From Cenococcum geophilum (taxonomy: Eukaryota): a DNA stretch of 64,000 nt. Where the stretch lies: assembly GCA_050273025.1 (NCBI GenBank), contig CP158635.1, positions 7,130,001 through 7,194,000 of the forward strand, given 5' to 3'. The stretch's first letter is position 1; each line of letters starts with the position of its first letter. Positions 10,044 to 21,329 of this stretch are shown piece after piece. The notes below the pieces were generated by a model. It saw only the letters and a program-made list of their open reading frames with translations, made no database searches and was not told the origin of the DNA. Both the position numbers and the translations under genes were made by a program.

Positions 10044-11476
10044 TTTTTTTTTTTTTTTTATATCCGTTGTATTATACTATGTACAATACTGCGCATGCAG
10101 CCTCTAGGCTATGGCGCTATAGTTCTATATACATGAATCCTTTCTAGGCAGCTTAATATGTACTAGTAGCTAAGTAGACACTCTGGCCCGTTTTTAAAAT
10201 GCTAGGGGAGCTCTAGCGACTGGTGTTTTTTCGTTCTGGTATTTTGCTTACTATGGTCCAGTTCACACCAAGAAAACTAAGGAAATCCTGGCTCTTTTAT
10301 CTATTTCTGCCGTATTCTGCCGTTCCTAGAGTAGAAAAAGCGCTCTAAAAGAATGATTTTTATTAAATAGTTTTGCACTTAAGAATAAGAGGCGTTACAA
10401 TAGCTTGCTAGCTTGGAAGCAGCTACTAATTACCCCTAAAGCGACTTTTTATCCTGTACCCTATCTCTTCTCCTTGCTAAAGAAATGGGTAGGGAATTAG
10501 TAATTAATAGCTACTCTCCCCAAAAGTAGGCTATTAATGGTATTTTATAAGGGCGAACCTCGTTACATAAACCTACTCCCATAGGAAAATTTTCACGAGG
10601 TTGTCTGTATAGGGTATAAACACCAATTCGCCTATACACCTTATATTTAACGTGCTAATGGTAACACGGGCCGGCCCCCTTCCCCTATCCCCATAGCTAC
10701 CCTAGCAGTGCATCGTCTGCGGTACGCCTACGGTGCGCCTACGGTACGCCTGCGGTCCTCTATAGTTTGATTGCCTATAGCGCGACAGCCGTAGACCGGT
10801 TGTAGTAGAGGTCGTCTACAGTATAACGGCTGTAGACTGGTTGTAGAAGGTCGTCTGCTCTGCAGCAGACTGGTTGTAGAGGAGGTCGTCTGCCCTACGG
10901 CAGACTGGTTGTAGAGGAGGTTGTCTGCCCTGCGGCAGACAGTTGTAGAGGAGGTCGTCTACCCTGCGGCAGACTGGTTGTAGAGGAGGTTGTCTGCCCT
11001 GCGGCAGACAGTTATAGAGGAGGTCGTCTACCCTGCGGCAGACTGGTTGTAGAGGAGGTCGTCTGCCCTGCGGCAGACTGGTTGTAGAGGAGGTCGTCTG
11101 CCCTGCGGCAGACTGGTTGTAGAGGAGGTCGTCTGCCCTGCGGCAGACTGGTTGTAGAGGAGGTCGTCTGCCCTGCGGCAGACTGGTTGTAGAGGAGGTC
11201 GTCTGCCCTGCGGCAGACAGTTGTAGAGGAGGTCGTCTGCCCTGCGGCAGACAGTTGTAGAGGGGGTCGTCTGCTCTGCGGCAGACTGGTTGTAGAGGAG
11301 GTCGTCTGCTCTGTGGCAGACTGGTTGTAGAGGAGGTCGTCTGCTCTGTGGCAGACTGGTTGTGGTGGAATCGTTGGTTGTGGTAGCTAGCGTCGTGGTG
11401 ACGTGTCTTTAGGGGGTATACAAACGGCGGCGCCCTAGCGACGACGGACGGAGGAGCAAAGGGGAGGCGACGGACC
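10044..11476 (-). mobile_element. Non-autonomous SINE-like retroelement with hairpin array, nested in LINE
   Basis: Poly(A) tail (T-run 10042-10059) and 13-bp TSD acgtaatactgtt at 10031-10043 and 11477-11489. The 3'-terminal ~110 bp match the 3' end of the LINE derivative at ~29848-29950. Confidence 0.85.
10795..11362. repeat. 35-bp tandem array (~16 units), each with a 7-bp stem hairpin
   Basis: Unit ggttgtagaggaggtcgtctgccctgcggcagact, containing the inverted repeat gtctgcc-ctgc-ggcagac. Confidence 0.95.
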
Positions 11477-12739
11477 ACGTAATACTGTTATGCCCCTTAT
11501 GCACCAACTAAGAAGCAATACTCTTAGTAGCTGGCACAGAGAACTATAATACACTACTCTTGATATAAAAAGGCCTTAAGGCGGTTACCTAGTGGCTTAT
11601 TAGCTAAAATGTACTAAACCAGTTCTAGGTTGTAAAGGAAATGATAATAGAGGGCGGGGGGGGGGGGGGCGGGCAACGGGCGCCCCCTGATGACTCTACA
11701 GTGGTAGAGTAAAGTTTACGATATTAGCGCGTCCGTAGGCTTGTTACGGCAGTAGTGGTTCCTAAGGAGGTTAAAAAGTAAGGTAGTAGAGCACTATAGG
11801 TAACTTATAGGCGCCTCGCAGGCGCCTTATAGGCGAGTCCTAAAAGGCGGGGAGATGGATTATGGGGTTTTCTTAAATAGAGTTTTCTCCCCACATGTAT
11901 ATAAGGAGTAGTCCGCGTGGGCCTAATAGGGATCCGAATTGGACGTTAAGCAATGAATAATAATAATAGTAGGCTTTTGCTTAACAATAGGTTTAAGCGC
12001 TTTAGTTATTAGCTTTCCCTATTATAAGGCCCTATTAACCCACTCTTTATAGAGTGCTTTCACTTTACCCTAAACTTGCTTTAATTGCCTAACTTTTTTT
12101 AGCCTTAACACCATTAAATAATTAAGGAAATACTTTATTTTTTTAGCTGTAATACTATAGCTTCTAAAGCCTTAACTTAGCTGCTACTTAATTGATTAAA
12201 GTGGCTTTAGAATAGTAGAATAGATATATAGAAATTTGCCAGCTCTGTTAAAGAAGGAGACTATAGAGTAGAGTCGTTTAATGCATAATTAATATCGCGA
12301 GTCTTATTAGGGTCATGATAGCGTAGGTCTAAGGCGTTAGATAATATATTTCTTAAGATAATTAAAGGCTTAAATCGATAAGTAGATAGAAGATATTAAG
12401 GCTTGCTAGTATACGTAATATATTACATATCGAAGTAATAGGCACGGCTATTTTATACTATATCTGCTAAGGACAACCTACTAAAAGACCTCTAGTTTTA
12501 CGTAAAAAAAATAAGCGCTGTATTATAAGCTAAGACAATTTGGCTTTTTAGACTAAAAGGATTAGTTATTTACTTTTTACGCAGCTTATTAAACGGATAT
12601 CGGAATTAAAAAACAGAAAACGGATTTTTAAATAGATACTTAAAGAGGCAAAGACTAGTTCTAAAATTACGCTAAGCCTCTTATTTTATTACTGCCATTA
12701 CTCTATAACGCAAAACACTTAAATAATACTAGCTTAAGA

Positions 12740-13450
12740 TAATGCTCTAAATACCGCCTATCTCCTTCGGTATATGTAATAAAATAATACTGCAATAATT
12801 AGTAATTAAGGTAAGAAAATGACAAAATACCCTTACTGGCTTAGAGAATTTCGTAGATGCTGTCTTATTTAAACTAAACAAATTATCTATAAAAAAAATC
12901 TATTAATTGCTTATAGCTACTCCAATTTTTAGGATTCTGTAACCCGAATACCTTATTAAGGGCCCTTTGCTCTTAAATATAGTTTATATCTCTAAGCTGC
13001 GGTCGGGCGCACCTCTCTATATAAGCTAGTAATATAAACCCCAAATCTTCTAAGTTAGTATTTGGGATAATATTAGGAGCATATTTAACAGCCTCTTTAA
13101 AGTTTACTATATTAAAGTTAGTATAACAAATAAAGCTCTTTGCAGAAAACTTATAGAGCAGCACTTGCATATCTCGGCCGGATACACGAATTAATATAAG
13201 GCTGACTTGGTAATGTAAAATTCCTAGCTTCCTAAGGTAATTAAGTGCGTCAAAGACCTAGCTCTTAGTACTTAACTATAAGTTAAAGAGCTCAAAAAAC
13301 ATACTAAACGTGCAATAAACTATAACTGCGCTTCTTCTAGCCCAATACGAATATACATTATTTCTTTAAGTGTGAATCGATAGTAGATAGCATAATAACT
13401 AGGTTTATAACGTAATCCCTATCTATATAGTAAGTACGCTAGAAACGTTT
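12740..13450 (-). pseudogene. Protein-kinase-like (C-lobe) hypothetical protein
   Basis: YRFTLKKIMYIRIGLEEAQL*FIARL/intron/VFDALNYLRKLGILHYQVSLILIRVS.../intron/...NLEDLGFILLAYIE...FGLQNPKNWSSYKQLIDFF. Confidence 0.5.
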
Positions 13451-14959
13451 AGGTCTATACTAAAGGGACTATTATATAAGGAACCGAAGCAGAGATAGTC
13501 CGCTAAGGAATACCAGAAATAGCTACTAGAAATTGTTTTAGTAGGTATAAGTATATAAGGAGGCACTAGCGATAGTAAGAAGCGGCTAGCGCTAGTATTT
13601 AAGGACGACGGCTGCAGAAATATATAGAGTTAATACCCTACCTAATTAACAATCTCCCTAGAGAGACGCAATCCCTAGGGATTGCTTTTTAATAATTCTT
13701 ATATATTTAACGTAACTTCTAATAGAGTTTTAAAACTTAAGGGATTAGTATATATTAATAAAATTCTGCCCTTACTCCTTATTCTATAACTTTATTATTC
13801 TAACTATTCTAGCCGCTCTAACTTTAAGCTTATAAAGTCTTTAAAATAGTTTAACGCTAGTAAAGAGGTTATTAAGCTATATAATATACCTTCCTAGAGG
13901 ATAGAGCCGCTGCTAAGTAGTCTCGTGCGTCTATATAAGGCTTAGCATTAGTATAGTACTATAAAAGGAAGAGTAGATATAGGATAGCTTACTAAAAACT
14001 ACCTATATTACTCCTTAATAACCTTAGTTTTATAGTTAATCTCAATAGTTATATATTACTTATTAGCTCTCCTTCCTTATTAATTATATTGTCTTTTACC
14101 TTAGTAAAGACCTAACCTAAGTTTCGGCATACCTTTAGAGTTTTAGGGTGTATTACTAGTAGGTCTCCCTTATTAAATAATATATAGCCTTATCCTTTAC
14201 TTTTATTTATAAAGATTAAAGTTATAAATAAAACCTTATAGGCCTAGATAGTACTATAGATAGCCGATAATAAGGCCCTCCTTATAGGCTTATATAATAG
14301 AAAACTTAAAGAATTGTTATAGGAGGAAATTGCTAGATATTTTATAGGTAGAACACTATAGAAATGTAGGCGCTGTTATAAGATTCTAAGGTCTAAGCCT
14401 AAAGAGGAGGCTGTAAAGGAGAAACTATAAATAGCTAATAAAGAGAAACGCCTTATAAATATACGTAAGGAAAAAGGCATAGCGTAAAATGACCTTAAAA
14501 GGTAGTTTCTAGAAAGAACGCGACTCTTATATAGGAAGCATTATATATATATTTCCTAAAAAAGGAATAAGGCGACTAGTAGGACTAGTAATGCTAAAGA
14601 AAAGGGGGTAATAAGGTAGAAAGTAGCGCTAAAGGAAAAGAAGGTAATAAGGTATAGATAAGTAGCGCTAAATATAAGACCTAATAAGTATTACTTAATA
14701 GTAGGAGTAAGGAATATAGATTATAGCGGTTATTCTTATAGGTTTTATACTATTATTAGGTTGGGTTTCTAGCTTTAATATTACGTATAAGATAATTAGT
14801 AGGATAGTATTAGCTAAAAATAAGACTTTAACTAGAAATAGATTTCTAAGTAAAAGATCTACTACCTAAAATATAAGAATACGCCTAATCTATTAGCCCT
14901 ATCCCTTCCGTATAGCAGATCTAGTCTTTACTTTAGTTACCTCTATAGAAGAGTATATC

Positions 14960-16100
14960 TATTATTTAACTTTAGCGTGCTAGACGCGTTTTTAGTAAGA
15001 TTTAAGGGCATATTTAGTATTTAAAAGCCCGCTTTTATAAACCTAGGTAGGCATCTAAGCTACCTTATTTTTAAGCCCTAACTTAGTTATTCTTTCCTCT
15101 AGAATTTTATAGATCTCCCATTTATTATCTACGGTTATTTTATTAGCTTTATTATCTTTAGCGCGGGATCTCTATAAGATAGACTATAAGTAATAGTATA
15201 ACGCTAGGTATAATGCTATAGGGTACAATACTATAGGGTATAATGCTTTCCAGCAGGCTCTAAGTCTAAAACACCGCCCTAGTCGTCGTCGCCGCTATAA
15301 TTATATTTACTTAAGTTGCTAGTTTTGTTATATAGTAGTTTAATATTATAGAGAGAGGTAGGCCCCTAAAGCGAAGGGTTAGTAGGCCGTATAGTAAATA
15401 TTGCTTAGTAATCGTTATAATTAACTTAGGGGTACTAAGAGTTAAGGCCAATAGGAGGCCGGGGGGCTAAGTTTTCGCAAGAGGCGGGCGGCTTTTATTG
15501 TTTCTGGGGTCGTAAACTACCGCCCTTACTACCCTCGTTACGCCCGCTGCTATCTTTAGCAGAATTATTAGAATTAGAATTAATAATACTACTCCTCTCT
15601 AGCTGTTCGAGCTTCTACTTCTTTAGTATTAAAAGTAATTTGCCTCTAATATTCCCTTTTTTATAATTACTCTTTTTCCTAGTAAGCGGATTAGCCTAGG
15701 GAATAGTTATAATATTAGTTCTCTTAACTAGACTATTAATTTTATTAATATCTTCCGCTATAAGTTTAATATAGTTATATATAGATGCACTAAAGAGATC
15801 TTTAAACTCTTCTAAAGAGGGTAGCTTCTTACCCTTATTATTATTACTATAGTTATTTCTATTACCTAATAATTATTAGGTAAAGCTATTATATAGAGAA
15901 AAAGAGCATACCTAATTTATAAGGTATTAGTTAATTATTAGCTTTACTAGCTTTATTGCTAATATTATTATTAGCTCTATTACCTTTAGCTTCTAGGTTA
16001 GGGTTAGCTATACTATCTTTAATAACTATTAGATTTACTACTAGCCGTTAGATATATATATTTATAACTACTAGGAGAATAGGAAGAAAGTAGTAGGGTA
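14960..16100 (-). pseudogene. Chromodomain-containing hypothetical protein
   Basis: The C-terminal DNKWEIYKILEERITKLGLKNKVA*MPT*VYKSGLLNTKYALKSY (~14975-15125) resembles chromo WEVxxILxxR...YxVxWxxTW. The upstream extent is uncertain. Confidence 0.45.
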
Positions 16101-16249
16101 ATTTTTAGTGATAATTACCTTAACTACTTCCTCTAGCAACTTAACTAAATGTATCCCCATAGATATCTTCCTTATTATCCTTAAAAATTTTATAATAATT
16201 ATTCTTATAATTATAGTTAGGGTCTATAAGTACTTTATTAGACGAAATC

Positions 16250-17100
16250 TCTAGACTGAGGCTCTATATAGAATAATATACCTCTAATTAGCTAAGCTTG
16301 ATACGCCCTAGGGTTATTTCTTAGAGGGGAAAGGGGTATTTTATACTTTAGCTAAGGTATACTACTCGCGCCTATCTTAAAAGCTGTAACTATATAATAT
16401 TAAGGTAAAGCTATCTATTTTCTAGAGGGATTAGTATAGAACTTACTATTATTAAGCGAAATTTCTAAATAAAAACGAAGGGGTTAAGAAGGTGCTACTA
16501 TTGCTGCTGCTATTATTATTAGAGTTGCTATTATCTTATACCTTTTTAATAGCTCTAAGAGGGGATTACACTAGGCTTTTAAGTGTAAGCTAGTCCTCTC
16601 TTTACTACTAGCTTTTATCCGCGGTATCTATACTAGAATAACTCTATCGGCTCTATAGCGAATTAAAACGTATAATCTATACTTTATTAGTAATTACTAT
16701 TTATAATATATAAAGGTTTATATAGGCTTAAGCTCTATTATAAGACTAACGCCTATTAGGAAACTGGGATTAAGACCTAACTAACTAAGCTAGTATATTT
16801 AGCCTCTAATAGGGGTATCGCACTAAGCCTCCTTATTAAGGAGGTTAGTGGTAAAGTACCTCCTCTACCCTTATTCTAGGATCTAAGGGGCCTCCTTAGT
16901 TGTAGTCTGCGGAGCTTATAGCTACTACTTAACCTCCTAAATATATGTAAAAGCCTTACTTTTATCCTTTCCTATAGCTATATATTATAGACGGTATAAA
17001 GGGGTAGATAGCACGAGTAGATTAGGTAATTACGCCTATATTTATCCTACTGCGCCCTTTTAGCTAATATAGCTGCTATATAAAGTCCGTCTCCGTTAGG
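16250..17100 (-). pseudogene. Degenerate fragment possibly related to fungal DUF3505/RecQ-like telomere-linked-helicase family proteins
   Basis: Weak: FI*KFRLIIVSSILIPSRK*IALP*LYIVTAFKI loosely recalls FMVRGSxSPMQWMLDLRTYGLKI. Confidence 0.2.
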
Positions 17101-18499
17101 AGATTAAGTGTATAAATTTTCCTCTAGTATTTGTTAACTAAAAGTAAGATTATAATACTAACTCTACTAGAAGCCAGACTATGCTACTAGATAGGCCGTT
17201 TACCTCTAGATTCTGCCTTACTAGTCTTAGGTTTATATAGGGGATATTTCCGTATAACCCGCGCCTCCTTAGCTAAATAAGGGACTAAATTAGACTAAAA
17301 GCCTAGCGGCTTCTCTAATCGTAATATAATCCTCTTATTATTAGGTAAAAGTAAGATCTAAGTCTAGGTGGAGTAGGTGCTAAGGAGGGTAAAGGCTTCT
17401 AGCTTTTAGCGGTACAGCTTTAACTAAGCTAAGTAATTAGTTGTTTTGCTAAGGACCTACTTTAGCGTCTAGCTTTACCTTTATTGTAATGCTGTAATAT
17501 AACACTATCTAATATATCTGCCGCTTATAGTAGCTATAACTTATATAATATATAGCTAGGCCGTTCTTAGCACAGCCCTATAGTTATTTATAGCTATGCT
17601 ATAGGGATTAAGTTATAAATTCTGTAACTTAAGGTAACTTATAGCTAATAGCATATAGCCTATTTTGGAGAGAGGATATCCGTATAGTTAAGTAGGGTCA
17701 CTAGCTAAAATTTAATAAGACGTAAGGTAATTAGGAGCTGTTTAGTAATATAAAAGAACTTATAGCGGTAAGAGACTAGGTGCTATTACTCTAGGAAGGA
17801 GACTCCCCTAGGAAAATAAAGTAGGTAGTATTACTAATATGGTAATTCCTATAGATCTATTAATTGGTAGCTACGGGTAGTAGCTCCCTAAAGGCAAAGG
17901 AATAACCTAAATAGAAGGGGGGAAAGCTTTAAATATCGTAAATGCCCGTATATATATCTCTTAAGGTTAGGCGATAAAAAGGACGAATAGCTATTACTAC
18001 TCTAGCGGTAAGAATAGAAAGAACTATTTTATTTATTACTATAATAAGAATATAATTGTCGGGAATGAGGCAAGCGGTCGTCACGTGACGCCGCGGCACT
18101 AGCGTGGCGAGAAGTCTTAAGCTCCTTACCCTTCCTTATTCTAATTAATAAGCTTTATTAACTAACATCACTATAACCTACTCGAGTAGTCGTTATTAGT
18201 GAGTTACCCTATGTAACTAATACTAATTAGTGGTTAAATATATAGTTAACCACAGAGCAGCTAGGTTTTTAAATAGAAGAGACAGTCTCGTATAGGGGTG
18301 CTATATGCGCTTATATGGAATGGATCCTAACGATGGTTCTGGAGGAGTCCTCCACGTTCGTTTCCTGCTTACATAAGCAGATTCCCTTTGGTTCCTTTTT
18401 GGACGATATCCGTAAGCAACTACTTATAACTCCTAGGTATAGGCCTATATAAAGGCCTATATTTGTTATAGATAGATTTAATAGATTTATATTCGTCTA

Positions 18500-18856
18500 T
18501 CTCTCGCACGGCACGAATAGGTTATAGTCCATTTTAAATATATCGATTGTGGGGGGTGCAGGCTTATAGGGCGGGATCCAGGCGATATCCTAGCGTTTAT
18601 AAGGCCTTTTAGGCCTAAACTTCGGAGATCTGGCCTGAATCCTACCCGGTGCCCCTAATGGGGTAGCCCGCCGCTAGACCTAAACAGGACTGCAAGTAAC
18701 TAATCTAATGTACATCGTAAGGGGGGTGGGTGGGTGAAAAGAACGACCTATTGAGTGCAGTTGCAAGCGATGATGTTGTTGACCGTGTTGAACATCTGGT
18801 TGAATACCTGAGTTGCAGGGTTTTCGGCCAAGCAATGTATAGACACGTGACATTAA
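18500..18856. mobile_element. Unclassified 357-bp insertion in the 5' LTR of element B
   Basis: Absent from the 3' LTR (gttca|tttttatcc at ~35688-35701). Inserted at A|T, begins TC, no TIR, no clear 4-6 bp TSD. Confidence 0.6.
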
Positions 18857-21329
18857 TTTTTATCCTTAGATCTAGTTTATCAGGTCTTAAGCACTCGTTA
18901 CTACTAAGCTGCGATGGCAGAAGATTGATACCTTACTATAGGCTGCATAAAGGGTTACTACACCCGTGCTAAATCATATCTTACTGCTCTATATTTGACG
19001 CCTTACCACAGGCCGCATTAAGGGTTACCACACCTGCGTACAAAGTCATTCCTTATTATCAAAATTACGCGTTAAAATCGTTTATTTACGCGTTAAATTA
19101 ATTTATTTACGCGTTGCTATGGGTAAAGACTATCCAGGTATTTAACGCCTTAAGAAAGACGGTTTAAATTAGACCTAATATTGGACGCAGCTTAGCACGT
19201 ACCTACGTGGTAAGGGCCTTCTGTATATTATTTGGGAAGATATAGGCCCACCCCTCTACCTAAAGCTCTAGGAAGAAAAACCTACGATATTTATTAATTA
19301 AGTACCAAAGGACGCTAATAAGGAGAAGCGAGACGAGATTCTTAAGAGGTCTTAAATTATTACGGATACTAATAATTTAATTCGCTTAACTAATAAGGCA
19401 TTCTCCGATAAGTACGATAAGGAGTTTAAATAGTATAGCAAGGAAGACGGCAAAGTCTGTTTAGTTATCCTTGGTACAATTAACAATAAGATTATTACTG
19501 CCTTAGAGCACAAGCAGTCGGCAAAGGACTACATTAATTACCTTAAGCAGTTGTTTAAGGCCTATGGCTTAATCTATAAGCTAACGTATAGGAGACTTTT
19601 GTTAAGCTCCGCTATTAATTAGACTAAGTAATTACTACTTTCTTAAGCCGTTATTAAGAAGCGGTTTAAGGGGTTAAGTAGGTAAAGCTTGTCCTAGATA
19701 ACAAGATCATTAACTATTAATTTATTAACGCCGTCGACGAATACTTCCCTATATAGGCTTAAATCTAATATAATAAGATTCGCGACGGCCATACGATCTT
19801 ACTACTTTAATTAATTGCTAACCTTACTAACGAAGCTCAACAGAAGGACCCAGCTAATAGCTTCGCCTTATTTAATTAGGAGCAGCCTAGTTAAGGACGC
19901 GGTAATAGTCGCGGCAGAGGTTAAGGAGCTAGCCGCCCTAACGACTGTAGTGCCTTATTAGGCGATTAGAGCCCTGCCAAGGATGCCCTAAATAGGTGTA
20001 GATAGTGTAAGAAAAGGCATTAAGGTGGCGAGGACTACTGCTAGATAAAGTATACCTACCTAAGGCCCGACTAGTGGAGACCTAGCAAACGCTCTAGTAG
20101 TAGAGGTAATTAAAACAAAGTAGCCTTAAATACGAATAAGGCCTCTAGGGGGATATCCAATCGCCTATTTTAAGCTACTAATTCGGTAACCAGATTGATC
20201 TTTGCTATATAGGTTATTAGGCTAGTAGCTATAGCTTTAGGAATAAATATTAAGGACTCCTAAATAGCTAACAGTTGCTTAAATATTTATATATGCAACG
20301 ATATTAGGAGGTTTGTATAGTATAAGGAAATTAAACCTCTCTAAATCCAGATAGGAGGAGGCCTAATAAAGGCAATTGGTATTAGATTAGTCGAGCTTAC
20401 AATTACCCGAACTAACCACTCGGCCTATATAATTACATTTACTAAAGTATATTACTGTCCTAACTTCTTTATAAATATTATCTCGCTCAGTATTCTACGG
20501 GGGAAGGGAGCCTTCTTTAACGGTCTCTATAATACAATTAACCTCGTTAAAGATTAGGTAGAAATAGCCTACACCCTATACATTAACGGCCTTAATTTGT
20601 TTATACTGATAGACAACCCTATAGAGGTTTCTTTCGCAATAGCTCTAGCTACCGAACGACCGCGTCTCTATAAGGAACTTCCTACTAAGGACACTATACT
20701 AAAGGTCTCTCAGGCCTCGCAGTCGGGGGGTGCTTCTGGCGATCACGATATCGCACCACGGCCCGATCAATCTTCACTCACTAACAACAAACCATGCAGT
20801 AAGCCAGCCTTAGACATTATTAAAAGATCGCAGGAGACAGAAGAGGTCTCTCGGTCACTGCAGGAAGGAGACAAGGCTTCTCCGTCACCGCAGGAGGAAG
20901 GCAAGGTCTCTCAGGCCTTGCAGTCAGGGGGTGCTGCAGGCAATCACGATATCGCACCGCAGCCTAATCAACCTCCCCTCACCGACGACGAACTAAGCTA
21001 TAGGCCAGTCGTAGACAATATCAAAAGATTTTAAAAGGTAGATAAGGTCTCTAGGGCCTCACTATTAGGGGGTAACTCTTAGTTAAGGGGTGCTTCTGGC
21101 GATCACGATATTACACTATAGCTTAATCGACCTCCCCTTACTAATAAAGAATAGGTAGGTTTTAACTAGCAAGAGCTTCCTAATCTAGGAGGACACCTCT
21201 ATTAGGACGAGACTTCCTTAAGGGATATCTACTAGGACGAGGCTGAGCCTAGGTTAACCTAGGCCTCTTATAATATAAGCGGAAGAGTTAATACACGTAA
21301 TATAGCGAATACGCGTACGCGATTAAAGC

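Larger units (their letters stand above)
8858..11965 (+). mobile_element. 5'-truncated Tad1-like LINE (RT C-terminal half to 3' end)
   Basis: Starts GFVDDTNLITYG...CIEWARRHRVQFSLEKYQLIYF, has a zinc knuckle split at 10043/11477 and an (AAT)n tail. 12-bp TSD atagtaggcttt at 8846-8857 and 11966-11977. Confidence 0.9.

Noticed and set aside
10795..11362. CRISPR-like array of palindromic 35-bp repeats
   Set aside because: Units are head-to-tail with no unique spacers, there are no cas genes, and the context is a eukaryotic retroelement.
10816..11478. 220-aa ORF from the ORF track
   Set aside because: It is a by-product of the stop-free 35-bp tandem repeat cycling through frames.
11978..12600. 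Additional minus-strand hypothetical gene remnants (also ~13750-14250 and ~17100-18050)
   Set aside because: They look coding-like but have no recognisable motif, so no call can be supported.
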